Assembly: GCA_020137815.1 (NCBI GenBank)
Contig: CM035350.1
Span: forward strand, 8,804,001-8,868,000
DNA length: 64,000 nt
Reading direction: 5' to 3'
DNA from: Hormiphora californensis
Taxonomy: Eukaryota > Animalia > Ctenophora
This document shows, in pieces, positions 13,897-38,200 of this stretch. Below the pieces are notes generated by a model. That model was not told where the DNA came from. It saw nothing but the letters and a program-made list of their open reading frames with translations, and did no database searches. Position 1 is the stretch's first letter. Each line of letters starts with the position of its first letter. The position numbers and the translations under genes are program-made.

Positions 13897-15877
13897 AGAG
13901 AGAGAGAGAATATGAAATTGCAAAATGAGACGACAGTTGTACAGTTGTTAGTGAGCATGTTCATATTTGTTTTGTTACTTTTAGCTCTCTCAGCAGCTAT
14001 CGATAACTCAGCATCAGTACGGCGATACATGACAACGAAGGTACGGTTTGTTATTTTCTAACCCTCCCTTTTTACGCCCGAAACACAGTCCAGCCAGGCA
14101 AGGTATGGTCCAACCATGTAATAAATCATCATCATCATCATTACTTAATTGCCCTCTCCGAACCCTCGCCCAACCCCCTATTCCTACACCCCTGCCCTCT
14201 CCCTCGCCCCTCTCCATTTTCCTACACCCCTACCCTCTCCGATCCCCCCCCCCCCCCATATTCCTACACCCCTGCCCTCTCCCTCGCCCCCTCCCCCAGC
14301 CCACTATTCCTACACCCCTGCCCTCCCCCATCCCCTATTCCTACACCCCTGCCCTCTCCGAACCCTCGCCCCCTCGGCCCTCCCCCTACTCCTACAACCC
14401 TGCCCTCTCCTTCGCCCCCTCTCAATATTCGTACACCCCTGTCCTTTCTGAATCCGTTGCAGATAGGAACAGTCTTACACCAATGGGTCTACTCAGATTC
14501 TAAACGTATGTTTCTGAGGCTGTACCGTGTGGGATGCATGAAGATACAGTATATGGCAAAGTCAACAGGGATCGGAGATATATTATCGTCCGTTTCTTAG
14601 GTGTTACATGCACGCCTGTTATCTGATGTCCTGATAGGTCTCAATTGCCTCACTCCAGGTACTGTGTGGTAGTAGAGATGGATGGATCAGCTACAAAGTA
14701 AACAACCTTCCCTCTCACACTAACATGGACAATAGGGAGCTGGAGAGTGCAATTCAGGATTCATTCAATGCCTGGACAAACGCCAGTTCGGACTGTTTTA
14801 GGTCGGTAAATACATTATACAATTACAGCCTGCATGTACTGATCAATTAAAAATCTAGATATTTTAGAACTCATATATCCTGTTTACAGGTTTCGACAAG
14901 AGACGGATATCAGAAAAGCGAACATCGTTATTTCCTTCCAGAGTGGCAAACACCGGTGTGTGGTCCGTCAATGTCCCTCAAACCCTGACCTAGCTCTGCC
15001 AGTTCTGGGTCACACATTTCGACCTGCTGACGGTTCAGAGATACACATGAATGACAAAGTGACATGGATAAAAGATTGTGATAGATATGGGGGAATTGTG
15101 CTTAGAAGTGTTCTAACACATGAAATAGGGCACGCACTGGGATTTATGTAGGTGTATATCACGCTCAAATTATTATACTACGACTGGCCTATATGTTTGT
15201 GGTCTGTGCAGCTGTTTGTCTTATCATGGTTGGTGATGACATCCCCTATTACTCAGCCTGCTTCGCAGGCTTCGTTTAGCTGCGCTGCACACGGCTAGTG
15301 TAGGGGTGGCTGCGTCACCAATTATCATGGTTAACTGTTATTCTTTTCAAACATCCTAAGTTTTTACTCCATTGTATTTAGTTCTAAGGATTTAATATAC
15401 CATTACTTTTCAGGCATGTAGTGAGTCCTAAAACGATAATGAAGTCTGGTTATCAGTGTAAGGACGTGGATATCGGACCATTGGATTATGGATTCATGAG
15501 AGAATTGCGAGAGAGATGCAAAGCACAGAATAAACTTTACCTGTACATATAAATGTGCCCAAACGTATCCAATTCTTTAGCAAACTCTGTTCCTAGTTCA
15601 GCGTGGCAGGATTTAGGAAAATACCGTAGGGCATTTCGAATTGCCAACAACCTGAGATAACGGCTTATGTTATTTTTTTGTCCTTGAAGTGTAAATTAGC
15701 GTTTTAGTTATTTGTATCTGTACATGTTTGCAAAACAATGTATCTTATATTTTCTTACCTTTCCGTTCCGTTTAATCCGGTATTTCTGTTAGGTGCATGT
15801 GCAATATCAGGGCATCTCTCTCGTGCTGGAGGCAGAGGGTCAACTTGTAAACCAGAACATAGCTCTTTGAGATCCAT
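1284..15877 (-). CDS. UROC1: Urocanate hydratase, 12 coding exons
   Basis: Exons 15877-15759, 15651-15541, 13758-13593, 13097-13001, 3969-3644, 3500-3376, 3113-2822, 2669-2543, 2408-2293, 2164-2030, 1909-1730, 1505-1284, all GT-AG. Motifs NALRYFP, ELVTYGGNGQVFSNW, YGQMTAGSYCYIGPQGIVHGT, GLGGMSGAQ, SDQTS, GFGPFRWVCTSG, RDHHDVSGTDSPFRETSNI, HNGGGVGWG. Confidence 0.97.
1567..1740. repeat. 32-bp minisatellite (about 5 copies) spanning a UROC1 donor site
   Basis: Unit ctcacctcaccccaccctacaccccgttacaa; on the minus strand each copy contains GGTGAG/GTGAGT. Confidence 0.9.
3101..3285. repeat. About 40-bp minisatellite spanning a UROC1 acceptor site
   Basis: Repeated gttaccatggtacctggtaa..tggaattcaggtag; the minus strand reads CCAG/GTACCATGGTAAC. 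Confidence 0.85.
4034..11989. repeat. 456-bp tandem array, about 17.4 near-identical copies
   Basis: Exact 456-bp periodicity (identical ORFs at 4413, 4869, ... 11253). One substitution seen at 6627; a few indels in the last unit. Confidence 0.99.
12478..12710. repeat. 51-bp diverged minisatellite (about 5 copies) in the 3' part of the insertion
   Basis: Recurrent aaaggcaaaa(c/t)gttaccttgttcca at 51-bp spacing. Confidence 0.85.
13779..13908. repeat. (GA)n microsatellite
   Basis: Direct reading. Confidence 0.95.
14148..14445. repeat. C-rich degenerate minisatellite
   Basis: Repeated ctattcctacacccctgccctctcc. Confidence 0.8.
14483..15552 (+). CDS. Minimal matrix metalloproteinase (M10 catalytic domain only), nested antisense in UROC1 intron 2; N-terminus uncertain
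   Basis: Exons about 14504-14587 (VPCGMHED switch-like, RDRR/YII furin-like site), 14659-14801 (ISYKVNN..AIQDSFNAWTNAS), 14890-15147, 15414-15552. Splicing assembles HEIGHALGFMH and the Met-turn TIMKSGY. In-frame TAA at 14501-14503 follows ATG 14483. Confidence 0.85.
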
Positions 15878-17505
15878 TCTAAAACTTAAAGAATCAAGTG
15901 GAATTTTTACTACAGTCGGATCACGATTTACCGACTTATCCCGATGATTGTAGGGGTAAGCCGTAAGGGTAGTTAATATCGGATGGATATGTAAATGTAA
16001 TATAATCACTTTATAGTGTAAAATAATGGAGCAGGCACCAACAGCCTACGCTTGGCATACTCGCTCACTTCAAAAAGTGAATATGAATATGAATATGAAC
16101 TTCACAATTTATATCAAGTCAATATAAGAAAATATATGACTCTCCCGCTCTTACACTATACGTATAAAATATAGTTAAAAATTAAGTACATTAATATACG
16201 CTTCTAGGCCGAGGCTAATAGCACAACAGCAGTTACCTAAAGCGGGACAAACACACACAGACGAACCAATGAGACGGGTAACAATGAGCTGAGAGCTAAA
16301 CGGACAGATAGATTTAACCAGGTTTAATAAATTACTAAAATCGAAAAGAAAAAGGCGAATAAGTTAGTTAAAAATACGGTAGTTACAGAACACCACCACA
16401 CATACACACACACTCACACACACACACACACACACCCACACACACACAGAACTCACACTCAAACTCACACTCACACTCACATTTATAACCCAACACCCAA
16501 AAAATAAAGACATACACAAAACACAAATAAGTTAAGTTAAATAAGTTAATTAAAAATGGTCATCTCACAAGAGAACACAAAGGTGCACACACAAACGGAC
16601 ACAGCATACCTAGACTACTTGGAAACAGTAAATCATGTTCAGCACACATCGTTTACATAAAAATAGTAAGATTGTCATTGATAAACACGTACTTATCATC
16701 ACTTTCGAAGTGTTCATTTACAGTCTGCAGGAATAACTGCACTTTCAGCCGTTTTCGTAACGGTACACGTTTCTTGTAACTGTTTTCTCCTGGCCCATAC
16801 TCGGCCAATTCTCGACTACCCTCAGACTCTACTCCACATCTCAGTTGCCAAGATCCTACTAACCCATACACCCACCACACACAAACGAACAAGAATACGC
16901 ACTCAAAAAACCCTAGCTCTGAACAATATGTGGAGGACGTCTCTCCTAACTCGGGATGGTGGTGAAATAGGACGGATGGTGGAGGATAGGAGTGATGGTG
17001 AAGGATGGATGGTGGAGGATAGGAAGGATGGTGGGGGATTGGTTAATATTTTCAAGTGATTTCAGGCTATATCAAGGATACCTCGAACCTCATATATGGA
17101 GGGATTCATAGGCCATAAAGCTTGGTGGCAGCGAGATGTGAGCCACAGAACACGGGAAAGAAGATGTAGAGAGGTGCAAAACTGAAAGAGAAAACCACGG
17201 GAAAACGGCCATCTTGAAAAGGTTCGGGCTTCGGCTGGCTGACGTTTTCATTCTTTCTTTTCAAAACGGCAGCTCGCGCGCGGAATATTTTTGCGCGTTA
17301 TCATGCGCGGCGTAAACTGACTGCTGACACAGAAGTGTCTCTGAGTGGCTGTCCTCGCGCCTTCCTGCTGCGAGAACCGTTACACCGAAAAGCGGGAAAT
17401 TTGAGAACTGACCAGTAAAACATTGATCATGCACGACGCATTCAAAAACTTACATTAGTTTGGTCAAATTTAGAATTGTACTATACATGTATTCACAGTA
17501 AAAAC

Positions 17506-31491
<13,986 letters not shown>

Positions 31492-32262
31492 ACTAAAATA
31501 TATTTAGGAAGTAATTCTAATATCTCCTTCTGGTGTTGATACACACACGCCCTCTGTACAACAGATGAATGGCGATTCTTGCCCAGATCCGATTCAGAAC
31601 AAAATATGCTGCAAAACAAACGTAATACGAATTTTTGAAACTTTCGCGTATTATTTAAACTCGATATCCCTTATGGCGAGGGATTCATCATTCATCATTC
31701 AGTTATAAGAGGACCGAGGCGTGACTTTTTCAGTTAGAAATCTCAGAGCACTGCCTCAAAAAATGGAAGAAAAGTTTTGAAAAATTTGAATTTTTAGAAT
31801 TTCAAAACTAAAATCGCCGCGCCGCGCATATTGGCATGCGCTGCAGACCCCGAAAGCGCGCGTATCGGATTTTTCTTTCACTTTTTAAAAACGAAACTCA
31901 GTTTTCTGTTTTTTCTGTTGAACTTTTAACGTAAAATGATGAGATTTTAGTTACTATTTATTTATTTATTTATTTATTTATATTTATTTATGTTTATAAG
32001 TCGCATGGGACGTGCGTGGTGTACCAGGAGTGGTGGATTGTGAAGCCACTCTTGTTGTGTCCCTCTCCCACCTTCTCCGTGTGCCAACACAACACTATAC
32101 TGGTACACCCGCACAGTCGTGTTCCATTGTTTCTGCTTTTTCAAAACTGACTCGTGTAGTTTCGAGCGTGGTGCGTGAAGAAAGCATCTAAAATCATATG
32201 ATAAATAAGTAGTTTTTAGCCCAAATTATGTGATCTGATGATTGAGCAGTTTCGCGACAATA
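31492..32262. promoter_or_regulatory. Probable bidirectional promoter region RTTN/EXOC1
   Basis: Head-to-head ATGs 771 bp apart; CGCG-rich block at 31815-31865. Confidence 0.55.
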
Positions 32263-35200
32263 ATGAACCTTCCCCCTCGACTGAACACCCTTGCAAACTC
32301 AGTCACTACTCGTCAGAGTCCTCTGTTCCACGCTCTTCAGTGTTTCTTCGACAATGCAGTGTAAGATTAAACAACACAATATACACACTTGAAAGTGTAC
32401 TAACCTCACAACTATTTCAGTGTCGAATCTTTTGTCCACGCATCGAAGACCGGTGCAAAGAAAGCTAAAGTCTTTCTAGCTGTGCTACTCGTTGTCAAAG
32501 GTAACTAAATTAAAACTATTTTTGGTCCAAATGAAAATGTAATCGATAATTTTCCAGTGAAAGAGCAGAGCCAGGCTTATTTATATCAAGTCAAGAAAAT
32601 GGACAGCATCAAGTCACCATTCCAGGTACCGCTTGTAGTTGCCAAGTTAGACTGTTTTTCGTGCGTCTAAAGGGAGGGTTAGAACATAACAAGCTTGTAG
32701 TAGGTAACATTACGAGTCACAAAGTCAATATCGATTTATTTTCATGTAAAACATAGTTTGAATCTACAGCCCTTTCCTTGTTAGGTGAAGGCCAAGTTTG
32801 AGCTCACAAAGCTCCGATTGGTTAACGGTGTTAGTGAGGGAGATAATGAGATTGATATTGTGCTGGACTTTGAACGGGCGAACAACCACACTTTAAATCT
32901 GAAATGGAGTATTGATACCCCACAAACTCGGCGGAATTTCCTTATCTCCCTATGGAAGCTAGTGAACGAGTATCCCATGACAAACCTACCCCAGTTCCTG
33001 AACATCAACTACAACCTACTCCAGGTAGGAGCGACTATATTTCTTAGCTCCTGAATATCAGTCTTTTTTAAAGAAAATAACGAGTCCTGTGTAGCAGGGA
33101 GAGGGTGAAAACTCTACCGAAGGCCAGGTCGTAAGTTCATCTGTTGAACACTCTTCTCTACATTCAGCACCTTCCACTTTATTCATTTTACTCGATGATT
33201 TGTGTGTCTTTCCTGATCTTAGCCCTCTTTTAAACAAACCCATAAAATACAATTCATGTCACAGGACTCCCTGTCGCTGTCCAAGACCCTGAAGGAGGTT
33301 GGATTGTTAGGATCACCGGTCCTGGACCAAGGAGCAGAAACCCGGGAATACAAGTATCTCACGGGGGAGGAAGAACATGATTTAGGTAGGACAATGTTGT
33401 ATCACGCACAATTGTAACTATTAATCCAGTTGTCAGGCACTGACTGTAACATTCCGAACGCTGCCTCACGCATACGGTCTCACGCTGCCTCACGTAGCAG
33501 CTCACACTGTTTCCAGGTTTGGTGACACAGGGAGTTGATTGGTCGGTGCACCGTGCTGAGGACTTTATGGAGCGACTAATGAACGAGTTATCGGGGTTAA
33601 CCAAGGCTAACATCCATTCTATAATGAGTGTTGAGAATGATGTTGTGAGACTGTTCAGTATAATGGATCACGCTCTACATGAGCTGTGCAGGTGAGATCG
33701 AATTCACTACTAGTATAATCATTAGACACAAGGTAATCACTAGTTTAACATGTGGCAATCACTAGTTTAACATGTGGTAATCACTTGTTAAACATGTGGC
33801 AATCACTTATAGCCTATCATGTGAATAACAGGTTGTACAGTACAAGTGATCACTAAAACATGCCTCTCTCCCTCAGACTGGAGGATATCATGGTTGATTA
33901 CGAGGACAGATTGAACACAGACAGGTACGAGATAGAGGAAAGTCTCCACGCGTACCAGTCGCAGCACATCAGGAATGAAAACAGGGAGAAACTAGTGAAC
34001 TGTGTGTCCAACCTCACCGAAATGGTCTCCATACCATACGAATGCAAGGAGGTAATCACCAGTCTACCACTGAAGACAACAGCCCAGGTTACCCGCATCA
34101 GAGAGGCTGTAGATGTGGTCCAGGCAAAGGCAGAAGAGTGCAGGAACAGCCCTCTAGCGGAGATGGAGTGTGTCAGGGAGGCTGCGGACAGGATGGATGA
34201 TATTCTCAGAGAGTGAGTGGGGTGATGTGGTTTATAATATTCCTCTCGGTATAACCCTGCAGTAAAGAGATAAGCTTCCGTCCAATTCACCACACACCTG
34301 TCACAACTTCCCCCCCCCCCCTCAGGTTTAGTGATAGATTGTTTGAGACCATGTCAGAGATAACATCTCCAACGTGGAATGCAGCACAGTACATTCGACA
34401 CTCTAAACTCCTTCACCTCGCACCTGTAAGTACATTGAGAGATATGGGAGAGAAATATGAGATAGATCATACATTTTTTCGGGTTCAAGGAGCGGTTCAA
34501 AGTTCTCAATTATTGTATGCATACAAAGTAAATAGATGCCGTTTTCTGATGCGAATAATTAGATCACTCATAATAAGGGGTCACAAAATACATCGATCTT
34601 CTAGATCATTTTCAATTATCAACATCTATTATCACTCTGATTGTCCTTTTTTACAACTGTCCTGTTTACATTCCGATGTGTCCTTCTTTGATAATATCTT
34701 TATCTTTAGGATCTCCCTGCAGCTCCCAGTTAACCGGTTCATAATCCCTGGCCTTGAGATAGGACGCAGAGCCATGTCCAGCATCACTGCTCATCTCCCA
34801 GACCACTGGATCCTTGCTCCTCCTCACCCTCATTCGGAAGGCGGTCGGTTTCTTCTCGCACACACCTCCGTTAACACCTTCAGCTGCAGCCTTTCCAGTC
34901 AGATCGCTCTTCAGGAAGCATGCGCTGGTAAGGGATTTAGCACTGCCGGTAATGGTAGAATCAGCAGATAGGAGAGCTTTGGCAGCCTTCTTGTTGGGGA
35001 CAAACATGTACCCTTCGCAGGTTTCAGTAGCGGTACAGGAGTCTTTGCAAGCCTCCAAATTAGCGGCACTAGAGGTGGAGAGGGTGTTACCGATTAGAGC
35101 CTGGTCGGATAAATCAGACCATTCACAAGCAGCCTCCTCTTCTTCATCATCATCTTCTGCTTTTCCATCGGCAAACCCTGCTGCATACCCCTCTTTATAT

Positions 35201-38200
35201 CCCCTCTCGTAATCACTGCTGGTATCATCATCATCATCATCATCATCATCACCATCATCTTTCTTTTCACATTTGATGTACCCAGAAGCGCAGTTGGCCT
35301 CTTCCTTCTTTTCATATCCCTCAGTCTTCAACCAACAGCTGTGCCACCACTCAGTACTCTTCAGATCCTCATTATCGACCCAACTGTAAGCGACGCAGGT
35401 ATCTGTTTCAGAGCACCTCGCCTCGCATTCTGTCCTGGTGTCTTGGGGTGAATTCCTTCCATCCACTAGGTCGTTGCCATGGTAACAGTATGAATCGTCA
35501 GGAACATAGGAACATATCTCCCCGTCGTTACCATCGTTACCATCATCATCGTTACCATCATCGTTACCATCATCTTTCTTTTCGCATTTGATGTACCCAG
35601 AAGCGCAGTTGGCCTCTTCCTTCTTTTCATATCCCTCAGTCTTCAACCAACAACTGTGCCACCACTCAGTACTCTTCAGATCCTCGTTGTCGACCCAACT
35701 GTAAGCGACGCAGGTATCTGTTTCAGAGCACCTCGCCTCACATTCTGTCCTGGTGTCTTGCGGTGCATTCCTTCCATCGACTAGATCATTGCCATGGTAA
35801 CAGTATGAATCGTCAGGAACATAGGAACATATCTCCCCGTCGCTACCATCATCATCATCATCATCATCATCATCTTCATCATTACCATCGTTACCATCAC
35901 TTCCCTCGCCGTTACAGGAGAGATCAGCGATGTATCCGGAGTTAACATTAGTATCATCCTTCTCCTCATATCCACTCTCCTTCAGCCAACAGCTCTGGTA
36001 CCACTTTCCACTTCCAGCGGCGTGGACCCAGGAATATGCGACACACTTGGAGTTTTCCAGACACTTCGCTGCACAATCTTCCTCACTCTCCAAAAGTAAC
36101 TCCAATCCATTCACCAAATCTGCCCCATGGAAGGCTTTGTTGGCGGACTTTGTGAAATCACAAGTTGTCTCTCGCTGGGATGCGGCCTCCTCGGCCTCCG
36201 TGACCTGGATCGAGGAACAGGTATTCCAGATTTGGGGAGTTTGATCGTTATCCCATCTCCATGACAACACATACTCACCCAAAGCAAGATCCCTCGGCAC
36301 GACCACCTTGTCCACGACTGCCCATTTGAAGACATTGCTGATTCCCTTGTAGGTGATACTGAAGCCCTTTAGACCGGGGTAGGGAGGTTCGAACTGGGTA
36401 CCCGCTGGACAGGAGTTATCATCATTTAAGAAACCACCATGATCATACTCACAGGCAGGAATGGGGTTAACCCTCCAGGTAGATCCAGCAGGGACGGTAC
36501 CCACGTTGGTGTCTTTAGCAGCTATCGGCTTCCAATCTGCCTCATTCTCAGTCCAGGCAGCCCACTGGACAGACCCGTAGAACTTTAGGGGTGTCTCCTG
36601 GAAGCATTCCTCGGTCACCCCAGCCCTTCCGGCAGAACCAACCTTGCAAAGTCGATACTGGTAACCGCCACCGTGGTTTGCAGACAGAGTGTACGCGGTA
36701 TTCTGGACACTACCCCGGGGCCAGTTAGTTGTGGGTACATCCCTGTCGGAGTAATACTTTTCAGCATAAGCCCCGTAGGAGTGACCTCCCCCGGTGCAGT
36801 CTTTGTTGACTTTGTTCCCCACGGGGCATCCCTCAGGGTTCCCGCCAGACACCCCACACGGACTGTACACTTTAGCGGTTCCAGGAGCCCCCCACGGGTT
36901 CCTCTGGGACACTTGGTGAGTTGCAAAGGTCCTCATTTCACTCCTCAGAGTGATATCGCCCGGGATGGTGGTGTAGTTGTTGTACCACTGCAATACACAG
37001 CTGTTCTCAACACCCTCGGAAGGGTCATTCCGGCCGCACCCGATAAATCCACCGTGGTTTAGGTACATGTTGTGGAATTTGAGGCCGACGGAGGAGAAAT
37101 CCTGGAAAACTGGCGGGAAAATCATGTTGCCATGGCCAGTTACCATGGGAACCAGCAGGAGGACAAAACATAACATGATGTCGGGAGAAATAAAACGTCG
37201 TGCTACTGCTATAACAGATGTTGTATTTATAAAGGTGTAGAACAATGGCTCGACGGTAGATCTATATTCTTAGAATAGCTTGGTGGTAGTAGTGGTAGAC
37301 GCCCCTGCTCCTATTCAAAAGGGGGGGGGGGGTGGTCTTTGTTGCTCGCCAGTCACATGAGGAAAGGTGGGGTCTGTGACAATTGTGGGCCCTCAATTGA
37401 GGGACCCACGTCCCTAGAATAAAACCACCGCCCACCATGCCTGCTTTTATGTACAGACTTTGAATAGGAGTCCCATTCAAAAGGCCAAGTAGCAGCTAGT
37501 AGTATATTTCCATTGTTGAACCACCACGTACGGCAACATTGTTCAATAATGGAAATATAGCTTAGTGACGGTGGGGGACATTAATTCAAGTTGAGCTGGA
37601 GAATTACGTTATATCGGTTGAGACGTTGAGTATTGGGACACAGTTCTTTATATAATCCGAGTTGGAAATCAACAAGTTCCGAGCTCTTCCGTGCAGATCC
37701 ACAAGACCACAGCTCTATAATATTACAAACCTTTGTACCAACCAGGTATTGCTCAATCACTGTTTCCTCTTTGGAGATCTTTGGGAAACAAAAAGAAAGT
37801 GTACCAGGAAAAATTATAGATGTCGTACCACGTTTTCCTTTTTGATAGGACGAAACGCGTTCTATTTCAGCTGCAGCACATCGTACATGTATGTATCCGG
37901 GTCCCCATACCTCTATTGTCCAATTCAGCTGCTCTCGGCCCATAGCTTCCCATTGACTCTGTAATTCTTCCCCTATTTCCCCTCTTTTCTTCCTCTCTTT
38001 CACCTACAGATACATCTCGAAAAGAACGTCTGTCACGTGTAAAACTTCCAGATGAGGAATTGAAAAGTGTAGCTGCTAGATTCTGTTGGGTTCTCTTTCT
38101 TCTATCGTCCTGCGCTGTCTCTCTCTCATGTTTTCTCGCACGCTACGTTTAATTCGGGATGGGGGCGAGTGAGAAGAGAGGGGACACTGTACCCAATAGA

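Noticed and set aside
37177-37245. 23-aa N-terminal extension of the LPMO ORF
   Set aside because: Non-ATG start; ATG 37176 gives a clean signal peptide, and the extension contains the TATA-like box.
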